A stretch of DNA of 32,000 nucleotides from Candidatus Methanoperedens sp. (GCA_027460535.1 JAPZAR010000022.1:90001-122000); one strand, 5' to 3'; numbered from the stretch's first letter, positions 18,129-27,434 are shown. Notes: generated from the letters alone by a model not told the origin. Numbers and translations: made by a program.

Positions 18129-20666
18129 TTATTTTGGCTGGATTCTTATCAATCTGAACCACACTACACTCAGTATCCCAGCAAACAGCACGATAACCAG
18201 GTCGTTAAAGTGCAGGAATGAGAAATGGAAAATGTCACTTAAAAAAGGTACGTACAGAACCAGGACCAGGCTGGATAGCGCTCCTCCCACAACCATCCAT
18301 AATGCCTTGTTTTCCGGGCTCATTGTTCTGATCAAGCTGTCTTCCCATGAGAGATTCGCCACTATCAGAGTGAGATTTGCGATCACGAGTGTTGTGAATG
18401 TAAGCGTGCGAGCCTCCATTTCCCCTTTGCCTAAATACAGTGCTAACAGGAAAACCATGATTACCACGGCAAGCACGCTTCCGCCCTGCAAAAGACTGCT
18501 ATAAACGCTTTTCCTTCCGAACAATTTTTCTTTCAGGTCCCGGGGAGGTCTTTTCATGATATTTCTTTCTTCTGGTTCAGCCTCAAAAACCGTTGAACAA
18601 GCCGGGTCGATTATCAGCTCAAGAAATGCTATATGTCCGGGCAGGAGCACCAGGGGCAATTTGAACAGTATCGGAAACAGTGCTATCCCGGCGATGGGTA
18701 CATGAACGGAAAATATGTAGCTTATTGCTTTCTTGAGGTTATCGAAAATTCTCCGGCCAAGCCTGACAGCCGCAACTATAGATGAAAAATCATCATTCAG
18801 CAGAACGATCGCTGAGGATTCCCGCGCCACATCCGTACCTCTTTCCCCCATCGCAATACCGATGTGTGCTGATTTTAATGCCGGTGCATCATTGACCCCG
18901 TCGCCGGTCATTGCGACCACTTCCCCGTTTGATTTCAGGGCATTTACAATTGCCAGTTTCTGTTCAGGCACGACACGCGCGAAAATATTTATCGTCCTGA
19001 GCTTCTCCTGAAGTTCGGATGTGCTCATTTTAGCAATCTCGATACCGGTTATGAACTTGTCCGGATCTTTTAAACCGATCTGTCTGGCTATGTGCTGCGC
19101 TGTTCCCGGGAAATCCCCGGTTATCATTATTACTCTTATCCCGGCGGTATAACATTCCGAAAGTGACCGGGCGACGGAGGGACGGACCGGGTCAATGAAA
19201 CCGAGCAATCCTATGAATCCAAACTCGAAATCGTGCTGTTCTTCAGGCAAAAAGTCCTCCGGGAAACACGATTTTGCCACTCCGAGAACCCTCAAACCTT
19301 TATCTGCCATTTTCTGGACTTGGGACAATAATTGTTCTTTTTGTGTCTCATCCAGATGACATAACTCTATTATGGCCTCGGGAGAGCCTTTTGCTGCAAT
19401 AACATGCTTTTCCCTGTCATGCGACTCCCATACGTTTGAAAGAGCTAGCAGGTTTTTTGAGAGCGGATATTCACGAACAAGCTTCCAATTTTGATGTATG
19501 TGCTCCGTTTGGGAAAGAAATTTTTCAGTACCATTTTTTATTTCCTTCTCGACAGGGTCAAAGGGGTCTTTCTGGCTTGCCAGATAACCAAATTCAAGCA
19601 GCTCATGAAATTTTTCAGGAAGCGGCATTCCGGCATTTTTTTCCAACTCAAGAAATTCACCATGTGAGAAAAGGGAACTTAAGATCATCCGGTTCATTGT
19701 CAGGGTTCCGGTTTTGTCCACGCACAGCACCGTGGCGGAGCCTAGCGTTTCGATTGCAGGCGTGCGCCTCGTGAGAACCTGGTTTTTTGACAATCGCCAC
19801 GCTCCAAGGCTCAGGAATATCAACAGAACCACTGAAAACTCCTCCGGGAGCAATGCCATGCTCAAACTCAAGCCTGCCAGCAACCCATTCAACCAATCTC
19901 CCCTCGTTAATCCGTAGATTATGACAACAAGAATGCAAAGTGCCGACCCACCTATTACGAAATTCCGTACCAGTGATCCGGTCTCTTTCTTGAGCAATGT
20001 ATCTTCCTGGTTGATGGTCGAGAGAGCCTTGCCAATCTTTCCCATCTCGGTGTGCATTCCCGTCGATGTCGCTTTCACCATTCCATGACCATGGACAACC
20101 ATAGTCCCGGAATATACGAATGGCAAATCGTCTCCCCCAGGGTGCGCAGACTGCTCCTTACCATCCCAGCGGGATTTTCTCACTGCCAGCGACTCACCTG
20201 TGAGAAGTGATTCATCCACGAGAAGATTCGAGCAAAAAAGCACACCGCCATCGGCCGGGACCCTGTCCCCCTCTCTCAAAATAAAAATGTCCTCCCTGAC
20301 GAGTTCTCGCCCCGGGATCCTTTTTTGTTTTCCGTTTCTTATCACAAGGGCCCTGGGGCTTGACATGCTTTTTAGAGACTCTAACGCACGCTCCGTCTTT
20401 TTCTCCTGGTAGAAGGTTATGCCTATGACAACGAACACAAACAGGAGCAGCATTATAGCATCGTTTTTCTCTCCGATCAATAAATAAATTGAACCAGCGC
20501 CTAAAAGAAGCAGCAGCATCGGGTCAAGTATCACATTCAATAGTATGGAAAAAATATTCTGTCTTTTTTGGGATGGAAGCTCGTTATAGCCTTCCAGTTC
20601 AATCCTTTTTTCAGCATCCTCTTCCGAAAGTCCGGATACGCTTTCCTCATCGAGCATTTTTTCCAT
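18129..20666 (-). CDS. Cation-transporting P-type ATPase (P2 / Ca2+-ATPase-like)
   Basis: Motifs LTGES, CVDKTGTLT, MITGD and TGDGVNDAPALK, with multiple TM segments. The ORF-track start at 20681 is TTG; the ATG at 20666 (MEKMLDEES...GLSEEDAEKRIELEGYNEL) is preferred. Confidence 0.9.
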   Translation of the reverse strand: MEKMLDEESVSGLSEEDAEKRIELEGYNELPSQKRQNIFSILLNVILDPMLLLLLGAGSIYLLIGEKNDAIMLLLFVFVVIGITFYQEKKTERALESLKSMSSPRALVIRNGKQKRIPGRELVREDIFILREGDRVPADGGVLFCSNLLVDESLLTGESLAVRKSRWDGKEQSAHPGGDDLPFVYSGTMVVHGHGMVKATSTGMHTEMGKIGKALSTINQEDTLLKKETGSLVRNFVIGGSALCILVVIIYGLTRGDWLNGLLAGLSLSMALLPEEFSVVLLIFLSLGAWRLSKNQVLTRRTPAIETLGSATVLCVDKTGTLTMNRMILSSLFSHGEFLELEKNAGMPLPEKFHELLEFGYLASQKDPFDPVEKEIKNGTEKFLSQTEHIHQNWKLVREYPLSKNLLALSNVWESHDREKHVIAAKGSPEAIIELCHLDETQKEQLLSQVQKMADKGLRVLGVAKSCFPEDFLPEEQHDFEFGFIGLLGFIDPVRPSVARSLSECYTAGIRVIMITGDFPGTAQHIARQIGLKDPDKFITGIEIAKMSTSELQEKLRTINIFARVVPEQKLAIVNALKSNGEVVAMTGDGVNDAPALKSAHIGIAMGERGTDVARESSAIVLLNDDFSSIVAAVRLGRRIFDNLKKAISYIFSVHVPIAGIALFPILFKLPLVLLPGHIAFLELIIDPACSTVFEAEPEERNIMKRPPRDLKEKLFGRKSVYSSLLQGGSVLAVVIMVFLLALYLGKGEMEARTLTFTTLVIANLTLIVANLSWEDSLIRTMSPENKALWMVVGGALSSLVLVLYVPFLSDIFHFSFLHFNDLVIVLFAGILSVVWFRLIRIQPK

Positions 20667-20790
20667 AGTCAACCAAATCAATCATTTTATCCCGCCAAAT
20701 TATCTGAGATTAACAAATCAATCTCATATATATTTGTTTCAATTTCAAATTATTTGTTTTCAAAAAGAAGGAATCAAATGTTCTGTTAGC

Positions 20791-20798
20791 TTTAAATA
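20791..20798 (+). promoter_or_regulatory. Candidate TATA box for the MscS gene
   Basis: TTTAAATA ends 25 nt before the ATG at 20823, which implies a leaderless or near-leaderless mRNA. Confidence 0.35.
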
Positions 20799-20822
20799 TC
20801 GCCACTATAATGTAGTTACCCC

Positions 20823-21926
20823 ATGGATTTTGCAAACTACACCGCGTTCATTGACAGCCAGATTTCCCACTCTTTTGGTCTCGGAGCTCAGGCTACCGAT
20901 GTCACGGTCGCGCTGATTATAGTTGCAGTCTTTGCTGTACTCGCAAGAATCACTGCATACCTGTTGCACGTGATTCTCCCGAGGTTTACCGCAAAGACAG
21001 AGACAACGCTGGACGATGAACTCATTAGAGCATTACAACGGCCAATCCAGCTCTTTGTAATGGTGACAGGATTCAGCCTTGCTGTGCATTCACTTGAGAT
21101 GGGAACCGTATATTTTGAATCATTTGACAAGATTATGTCGATCCTGTTTATCCTTCTCGGGGCATACCTTGTATCCAACATTGTTCATGGCTTGATACAG
21201 TGGTATTCGAACGACATAGCTCCCAGGACGAAATCCAAACTCGATGACCAGCTGATGCCCTTCCTGGACAAGGTGGATAGGATCGTTGTATTTGCAATAG
21301 CCCTGCTGATGATACTCGATAGGCTCGGCTACCCGATAACTCCGGTGCTGGCAAGCCTTGGTGTTGCGGGCATAGCTGTAGCATTTGCCGCCCAGGAAAC
21401 TCTCTCAAATGTATTTGGTGCTTTCTCTATACTGACTGACAGGCCTTTCAAGATAGGGGACAGGATCGAAATATCAGATACCGAGATCGGGGATGTGGTT
21501 GATATAGGGGTACGCAGCACACGGATTAAGACCGCAGACAATAAGGTAATAATTCTGCCAAATTCCGTGATTTCCAAAGGAAAGATCGTGAACTATGCTG
21601 AACCCGACATAAGGGTAAGATTCACGATCAAAGTCTCGATAAGTTATAAGTCCAATATAGATCAAGCCCTTGAGACGATGATCGAAATTGCAAAAAACAC
21701 CGAAGGCGTGATACAAAATCCGGTTCCGAGGGCATATGTGGTGACACTTTCAAGTTACAGCATAGACCTTGTAATGCATGTATGGGTGAAAGATTACCGG
21801 CTTGAGTTCGAGGTGCCTGATCGAATATACAGGGAGATAATCAGGAGATTCGCAGAGGAAAAGATCGAGATACCATACCCCATAACAACGATAATCAGGT
21901 CGCCGCCTGAACAAATTAATCCATAA
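20823..21926 (+). CDS. Mechanosensitive ion channel, MscS family
   Basis: N-terminal TM helices, then GVAGIAVAFAAQETLSNVFGAFSILTDRPFKIGDRIEI, the conserved MscS core. Confidence 0.88.
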   Translation: MDFANYTAFIDSQISHSFGLGAQATDVTVALIIVAVFAVLARITAYLLHVILPRFTAKTETTLDDELIRALQRPIQLFVMVTGFSLAVHSLEMGTVYFESFDKIMSILFILLGAYLVSNIVHGLIQWYSNDIAPRTKSKLDDQLMPFLDKVDRIVVFAIALLMILDRLGYPITPVLASLGVAGIAVAFAAQETLSNVFGAFSILTDRPFKIGDRIEISDTEIGDVVDIGVRSTRIKTADNKVIILPNSVISKGKIVNYAEPDIRVRFTIKVSISYKSNIDQALETMIEIAKNTEGVIQNPVPRAYVVTLSSYSIDLVMHVWVKDYRLEFEVPDRIYREIIRRFAEEKIEIPYPITTIIRSPPEQINP

Positions 21927-22099
21927 TCCTTTTCTATTTTTCTTCGGGCGGTTTCAGGTGCTTGAAATTGAAGCAAAAGATCTCGATACCTGCGGCAGAG
22001 CGCATTCCGCGATATCAAGAACCAATCTTTCCCATGCGGTGCCCCGTTCCTCAGGATAGATATCCCATATATTTCACGATTGCAACCGGTTCTATAGAA

Positions 22100-23356
22100 T
22101 TATTTGTTCTCTTTCACGCCGTTTAACTTAAATAATTCCGCCACAGTATCCAGGAACCTTTCATCGTTATGCTCTGCCGCATTTCTGAGTATCTTTGTCG
22201 GCTCGGCAAGGATCTGGTTGGCAAAAGAATGCGTCATGTCATCCAGAACCTCTCTCTCAATATCCCCAATAGTATGCCTGGACTTGAGTTTATTTATGGC
22301 CGCTTCGCGCTCTTTTTCCCGGATATCTTCTACCTTTGAATAAAGCGCTGAGATGATCTTATCCGCCTGCTGGCGCTTGTATTGCTTCTTGAGGAGGCCG
22401 AGTTCTTCTTCGATTATGAGTTCGGCTTTTTTTGCCTCTTCTCTTCGCTTTGCAAGGTTCGCCTCGCTTATGCTTTTCAGGCCGTCGATGTTGTGCAGCT
22501 TGACATCCGGTATTTCCCCCACCGTACTCTCTATATTTCGAGGGTTCCCTATATCGATAAGCATTATCTCTTTTTTTCTCTTTTCCATTATGCCTGACAT
22601 TATTTCCTGCGTCAGGACGAAATGCGGTGCTGAAGTGGCACTTATAACCACATCCGATATCGGGATGTAGTCCTGCATCAACTCATATCTGATAGCTTTG
22701 CCTTGCAGCTCGCATGCCAGGGCTTCTGCTTTATCAAATGTCCTGTTGGCTACGTAAATGACTTTTATGTTCTTGTTTGCAAGGGCCTTTGCCACGAGGG
22801 TTCCCATTTCTCCTGCACCTATGACCATCACCGTCTTCCCCTCCAGACCGCATAGTCCCTGGTCAGCAAGTTCGACCGCGGCAGAGCCGATGGATATAGA
22901 ACCTTTATTTATTCCGGTTTCGTTCCGAACGCGCTTTCCCACCTGGATAGCCTTATTGAATGCAGTATCAAGGGTTTTTCCAATAGCCCCCGCCTTTTTT
23001 GCCATTATGAACAATTCTTTGACCTGGCCGAGTATCTGGTCTTCGCCGACTATCATTGACTCAAGCCCGCAGGTGAGGCGCAAAAGATGGCGGAGTGATT
23101 CCTCATGGTCAAGGAAATCCACGATCCGGGATGAGACTTTCATTCTCTTTGCGAACTCAAAAAGAACTTTGCTCCCTTTCGGAGAAACCACGTAAACTTC
23201 AACACGGTTGCATGTTTTAAGTACGGCACATTCCTCAACGAGTTCATGGGATTTAAGTCGGATCAAAAGCTGGTCGATGCCGCCATGCCATGCGCCCTCC
23301 ATCTCATCGATGGTGGCTTTGGAATGCGTAATAAGCATACTTGATATTTCACTCAT
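22100..23356 (-). CDS. hemA: Glutamyl-tRNA reductase
   Basis: Active-site region LKTCNRVEVY and NAD(P)-binding VMVIGAGEMG; 418 aa. The start overlaps the upstream stop (ATGA). Confidence 0.93.
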   Translation of the reverse strand: MSEISSMLITHSKATIDEMEGAWHGGIDQLLIRLKSHELVEECAVLKTCNRVEVYVVSPKGSKVLFEFAKRMKVSSRIVDFLDHEESLRHLLRLTCGLESMIVGEDQILGQVKELFIMAKKAGAIGKTLDTAFNKAIQVGKRVRNETGINKGSISIGSAAVELADQGLCGLEGKTVMVIGAGEMGTLVAKALANKNIKVIYVANRTFDKAEALACELQGKAIRYELMQDYIPISDVVISATSAPHFVLTQEIMSGIMEKRKKEIMLIDIGNPRNIESTVGEIPDVKLHNIDGLKSISEANLAKRREEAKKAELIIEEELGLLKKQYKRQQADKIISALYSKVEDIREKEREAAINKLKSRHTIGDIEREVLDDMTHSFANQILAEPTKILRNAAEHNDERFLDTVAELFKLNGVKENK

Positions 23357-23997
23357 TCTATCTTACCTATATGTTTTGAAGCTTCTTTATATGCTTTTTC
23401 ATACGATTCCTCAAGCGCGATCCATACGTCATTATCATTGATTATATTCCACAATATCTCCCTGCGTTTTTTCTGGTCATCTACCTTCAATTTCAGCAGT
23501 TCACGGATTTCGTTTTGGAGCTGCGACATCCGCTCAAATCCGGGAGTTATTACTTTTTCGATCCTCTGCCTGATATACTTTGAAAGCGCAGGGCTCTGGC
23601 CAAGAGTAGATATCCCTATTATGATATCCCCGCGCCTGATCACAGAAGGAACAATGATATCACCTGTATCATCAACCCGGTTTACCAGCATGCCCTCCTG
23701 CCATGATATTTGGGCAATTTTCTCATTCAAGGCAGCATCGTTCGTCGCCGGGATGACTATGAAAGCATTATCCAGGTAGCGAGCCGTGTCCTTTTCAACA
23801 AGGTTTTCTACCCTCACCAGTTTTATTTTACCCTGCTCAGAAAGCCTGATCAATGAAGGAGTGAATTCACGGCTCACAACTGTTACTCTGGCATGATCAC
23901 AAAAAAGCAATGCCTTGCGTTCACCGACGTTTCCACCTCCAAAAATGATCACTTCTTTTCCCGAAAGGTCAAGCATCAGAGGAAGAAATTTCTTCAT
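23353..23997 (-). CDS. Precorrin-2 dehydrogenase / sirohydrochlorin ferrochelatase (SirC / CysG N-terminal-like)
   Basis: Rossmann motif VIIFGGGNVGERKA; 214 aa. Positioned between an Ahb-like gene and hemA, with ATGA overlaps on both sides. Confidence 0.8.
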   Translation of the reverse strand: MKKFLPLMLDLSGKEVIIFGGGNVGERKALLFCDHARVTVVSREFTPSLIRLSEQGKIKLVRVENLVEKDTARYLDNAFIVIPATNDAALNEKIAQISWQEGMLVNRVDDTGDIIVPSVIRRGDIIIGISTLGQSPALSKYIRQRIEKVITPGFERMSQLQNEIRELLKLKVDDQKKRREILWNIINDNDVWIALEESYEKAYKEASKHIGKIE

Positions 23998-24452
23998 AGC
24001 CTCACGCCAGTTTTCTTGAACTCCCTTTCACTGAATAGTATGCTGTAATCACTGATCCCCGCTGCAATGGATATCTGCTTTGCGACCTTTTCACATTCTT
24101 CGCGCGAATAGGCGTGGATCATGGTAAAGAGGTTATATTTCCAACCCGGGAAGCGCGGGCGTTCATAACAATGGGTGACTTCCGGGAAACCCGCCATTAT
24201 TGCCCCGACCTCTTCCACTTTTTCGTCAGGAACATTCCATGTGCACATGGCATTTGCTGTTATTCCGACAGCCCTGTGCCCTATTGAAGCGCCAAAACGC
24301 CTGATCACGCCTTCTTTAATAAGTTTGTCAAGTCTTTCCAGAACTTCGTTCTCGGGGATTTCGATCTCCCGCGCTATTTGTTTGAACGGAAGAGATACTA
24401 TTGGTATTCCATCCTGCGTTGATTTCAAGAGCTTTACATCAGTCTGATCCAT
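23994..24452 (-). CDS. AsnC/Lrp-fold siroheme decarboxylase subunit-like protein (AhbA/AhbB, NirD/L family)
   Basis: 152 aa with an N-terminal wHTH (LPFKQIAREIEIPENEVLERL). The C-terminal part has FPEVTHCYERP...WKYNLFTMIH, typical of the NirD/AhbAB family. Confidence 0.75.
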   Translation of the reverse strand: MDQTDVKLLKSTQDGIPIVSLPFKQIAREIEIPENEVLERLDKLIKEGVIRRFGASIGHRAVGITANAMCTWNVPDEKVEEVGAIMAGFPEVTHCYERPRFPGWKYNLFTMIHAYSREECEKVAKQISIAAGISDYSILFSEREFKKTGVRL

Positions 24453-24667
24453 GTTAACAGATTAATTTATTTCAATTATATGCTTATCAATACCTTAATC
24501 ATGCGCTTATGGAAAGAACACATTGATAAAGATATTCTTACGGAAAAAATCAAGAACATAACTATGATAAATACCGCTATAGAAATCCTTAACGAAGTGG
24601 TTATGGTTAATCAGAGATGAAATAATCAGAGGCAATATTGATTATCCGGCAGGGCAATAAAAAGGCA

Positions 24668-25237
24668 ATGCTCGATACGACAAAAGAGTATATCAGGACA
24701 TTATTAAGACCTCTTGCCAAAAAGATCATTGGGGTAAATCCAAACACTATAACCTTTTTAGGTCTATCATTAAGCCTTTTGTCAGCAGTCTTCTTTGCAA
24801 GGGGCGAAGTTTTGATCGCGGGTATTGTTCTTCTTGCAGGCGGTTTTTTTGATGCTTTCGATGGGGCAGTGGCACGGGAAAATAACAGGATAACAAAATA
24901 CGGGGGGTTCCTGGATTCCGTGTGCGACAGGTTTGCAGATTCCGGAGTTATCATAGGTGCGATGTATGGTGGTCTTGCTGTTTTCTCCCCTTTCCCTGAG
25001 TGGTTCATCGGTACCCTGGCGATCGTTGGCTCCCTGATGGTAAGTTACACCAGAGCGCGCGCGGAGGCTGCGGGTGCCAGCGCTTCAGTGGGAATAGGAG
25101 ACAGGCCTGCCAGGGTATCAATAATAATAATCGGGGCATTTCTCGACAAGGTCAGCTGGGCAATTCTTCTCGTTGCCATACTTTCATTTATCACGGTCTT
25201 CCAGAGAATCGCATACGTTAAAAAAATACTTAAATAA
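24668..25237 (+). CDS. CDP-alcohol phosphatidyltransferase, archaetidylinositol-phosphate synthase-like
   Basis: Signature DAFDGAVARENNRITKYGGFLDSVCDRFAD (D-x2-DG-x2-AR-x8-G-x3-D-x3-D). Polytopic membrane protein near the MIP synthase gene. The ORF-track start at 24638 is TTG; the ATG at 24668 is preferred. Confidence 0.85.
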   Translation: MLDTTKEYIRTLLRPLAKKIIGVNPNTITFLGLSLSLLSAVFFARGEVLIAGIVLLAGGFFDAFDGAVARENNRITKYGGFLDSVCDRFADSGVIIGAMYGGLAVFSPFPEWFIGTLAIVGSLMVSYTRARAEAAGASASVGIGDRPARVSIIIIGAFLDKVSWAILLVAILSFITVFQRIAYVKKILK

Positions 25238-25257
25238 CAACTTTTAAGTCAGATAAA
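25065..25257. repeat. Direct repeat copy 1 (functional 3' end of the AIP-synthase gene plus 20 nt downstream)
   Basis: Aligned by hand to 26151-26343: 193 nt, no indels, 12 mismatches. All mismatches fall in the first 134 nt; the last 59 nt (25199-25257) are identical. Confidence 0.9.
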
Positions 25258-25436
25258 GCTAAAATAATAACTTTTAAGCACGTTGATATTCTAACGCTAC
25301 TTCGGATCCAAACCTTATAGATTTTTATCTACTTTTTTTATGAAAATAGTTGAGATATTTAAAAATGATTGTATAATAACATATCATTAAAATGGGGGTA
25401 AAGTGTAAGTAATCCTATGTTTATAGAGGTATCTCT

Positions 25437-25703
25437 ATGCAATTTGGAGCTGTTCTGAAAAAGAAGGCTGAAATATTGGCTCTTATCTCTTTATCCGTAA
25501 TAATGGATGTTATCCCAATTATTCTAATTATGGCGGGAATATGGATTTTGAAATATTTCTCGAAATTTTTTGGTTTTGAAGAAGCCCCTTTCATCATGAT
25601 ATTAACAACCTTTTCAGAGATGTTTATGATAATTCTTTATATAATACTTGCTCTTGTCAGTATTTACAGCATCTATAAGTTATTTAAAGAAGGAGAACTA
25701 TAA
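25437..25703 (+). CDS. Hypothetical small membrane protein (88 aa)
   Basis: Strongly hydrophobic, with 2-3 predicted TM segments (ILALISLSVIMDVIPIILIMAGIWIL, FMIILYIILALVSIYSIY). SD-like AGAGGT precedes the ATG. Lies in the AT-rich insert. Confidence 0.5.
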   Translation: MQFGAVLKKKAEILALISLSVIMDVIPIILIMAGIWILKYFSKFFGFEEAPFIMILTTFSEMFMIILYIILALVSIYSIYKLFKEGEL

Positions 25704-25712
25704 ATTCTATAT

Positions 25713-26081
25713 ATGGTTTCTATTAAGACTATGTCTGGAAAAGAAATTATCAAGAGCTATTTTCTAGGTATAGGGTATCTTTTCATGCTGACTATGGTAG
25801 GTGTATTAGTTGTTACAATTTACAATTCTGTTTCCCCCATCGATATAAATTCTGTTAAATCAGTACAGACAGTTGCGCTTATTTTTACTACGGTTCTTAG
25901 CATAGACACGATACTTCTAATTTTTAATAAACCCACTCCCACTCTTATAATAACACTGATACTAATCTCACCAATATTGGTGATATACAAACTTATTAAG
26001 AGCACGGATCTTATCCAGATTAACCGATACACTCCTGCAAAGATTAAAAAATATGTACCGCCAAAGGTTATCAGTGGATAA
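25713..26081 (+). CDS. Hypothetical small membrane protein (122 aa)
   Basis: Three hydrophobic segments (YLFMLTMVGVLVVTIY, VALIFTTVLSIDTILLIF, LIITLILISPILVIY). It starts 9 nt after the previous ORF and lies in the AT-rich insert. Confidence 0.5.
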   Translation: MVSIKTMSGKEIIKSYFLGIGYLFMLTMVGVLVVTIYNSVSPIDINSVKSVQTVALIFTTVLSIDTILLIFNKPTPTLIITLILISPILVIYKLIKSTDLIQINRYTPAKIKKYVPPKVISG

Positions 26082-26150
26082 ATAATAATATTCTTTGCAG
26101 CGGCAAGAAAGTCTGAACATACGATATGATGTTCGTCTGAGTCGTGTTAT

Positions 26151-26343
26151 AGGCTACGGGTGCCAGCGCTGCAATGGGAATAGGAGACAGGCCTGTCAGG
26201 GTATCAATAATAATAATCGGCGCATTTCTCAACATGGTCAGCTGGGCAATTCTTCTCGTTGCTGTCCTTTCATTTATTACGGTATTCCAGAGAATCGCAT
26301 ACGTTAAAAAAATACTTAAATAACAACTTTTAAGTCAGATAAA
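26151..26343 (+). pseudogene. Direct repeat copy 2: orphan 3' fragment of an AIP-synthase homologue
   Basis: In the AIPS frame it reads ATGASAAMGIGDRPVRVSIIIIGAFLNMVSWAILLVAVLSFITVFQRIAYVKKILK*. An in-frame TAG sits exactly at the homology boundary and there is no start codon. Relative to copy 1 it has 7 conservative replacements and 4 synonymous changes. Confidence 0.75.
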
Positions 26344-26367
26344 AGTTATCACTGGAAGGGTATTAAC

Positions 26368-27432
26368 ATGGCTGAGATTAGAATTGCACTAGCAGGTGTA
26401 GGTAATTGCGCTTCATCTTTGATACAGGGACTGAATTACTATAGGGATGTCAAAAAATCAGACGTACTTGTTCCTGGACTGATGCATAATTCCCTGGGAG
26501 GATATCTTATCTCGGACATAAAACCTGTTGCAGCATTTGATGTTGATAAGAGGAAGGTAGATACGGACCTATCCGAGGCTATTTTTTCAGAACCTAATTG
26601 TACAAAAAAGTTCTCCGATGTAACCGGGATGGATGTTGCGGTGATGAAAGGTCAGGTTCTGGACGGTGTGGCACCGCATATGAAAGATTATTTCCTTGTG
26701 GATGACAAACAAAAACCAGTAGACGTTGCATCGGTTTTGAAAAAAACAAAAGCCGATATATTGATAAATTACCTTCCGGTAGGTTCCGAAGAGGCGGTCA
26801 AATGGTATGCTTCGCAGGCACTTGAGGCAGGATGCGCTTTCATAAACTGCATCCCGGTATTCATTGCTTCGGATAAGCAGTGGGCGGAAAAATTCAAGAG
26901 AGCGAAACTCCCTGTGATAGGCGACGACATAAAAAGCCTCGTAGGAGCAACGATCGTGCACAGGACATTGACGCAGATGATACTTGACCGCGGAGCGAGA
27001 ATAGACAGCACTTACCAGTTGAATATCGGGGGTAATACCGATTTCAGGAACATGACGGACCAGTCCAGGCTTAAATCCAAGAAGATCTCCAAGACAGAAT
27101 CAGTGGCTTCGCAGATACCCTATGATGCCTACGTTTATGCAGGCCCCAACGGCTGCATTGACTGCCTTAACGATAACAAGGTATGTCACCTGAAGATCGA
27201 TTTCAGGCTCTTTGGAGATGTCCCGGCTTACATCGATCTGAAACTTTCAGTTGAAGACAGCCCGAACAGTGCCGGCGTTGTGGTGGATGCCATCCGCGTT
27301 GCGAAAATCGCACTTGATAGAAAGATCGGCGGACCGGTAATACCAGCATCAGCATATTTCATGAAGCACCCTCCGCAGCAGATGCGAGAGGGAGAGGCGC
27401 GCCAGGAACTGGAAGAGTTCATCAAAGGCTGA
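26368..27432 (+). CDS. myo-Inositol-1-phosphate synthase
   Basis: N-terminus IRIALAGVGNCASSLIQGLNYY and overall length (354 aa) match the prokaryotic Ino1-type MIPS family. It partners the AIP synthase in archaetidylinositol synthesis. Confidence 0.88.
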   Translation: MAEIRIALAGVGNCASSLIQGLNYYRDVKKSDVLVPGLMHNSLGGYLISDIKPVAAFDVDKRKVDTDLSEAIFSEPNCTKKFSDVTGMDVAVMKGQVLDGVAPHMKDYFLVDDKQKPVDVASVLKKTKADILINYLPVGSEEAVKWYASQALEAGCAFINCIPVFIASDKQWAEKFKRAKLPVIGDDIKSLVGATIVHRTLTQMILDRGARIDSTYQLNIGGNTDFRNMTDQSRLKSKKISKTESVASQIPYDAYVYAGPNGCIDCLNDNKVCHLKIDFRLFGDVPAYIDLKLSVEDSPNSAGVVVDAIRVAKIALDRKIGGPVIPASAYFMKHPPQQMREGEARQELEEFIKG

Positions 27433-27434
27433 AA

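Larger units (their letters stand above)
25258..26150. mobile_element. AT-rich inserted segment (putative remnant of an integrated element) between the direct repeats
   Basis: About 0.9 kb of markedly lower GC than its flanks; sampled 60-nt lines gave 28-42%. It carries two small membrane-protein ORFs and splits the AIPS/MIPS gene pair. No integrase or transposase is present, so mobility is an inference. Confidence 0.35.

Noticed and set aside
20730-20765. Short direct repeat ATTTGTTT(T)CAA x2 in the ATPase/MscS divergent spacer
   Set aside because: It may be a regulator site. However, an 11-nt A/T-rich repeat in an AT-rich spacer is not distinguishable from chance without comparative data.
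25000-25221. 73-aa ORF, and its look-alike 70-aa ORF at 26095-26307, share near-identical peptide sequence (…GNRRQACQGINNNNR…GQLGNSSRC…PENRIR)
   Set aside because: Both are off-frame readings of the 193-bp direct repeat. The real frame is the AIP-synthase C-terminus. Their similarity only reflects the DNA repeat, not a paralogous gene pair.
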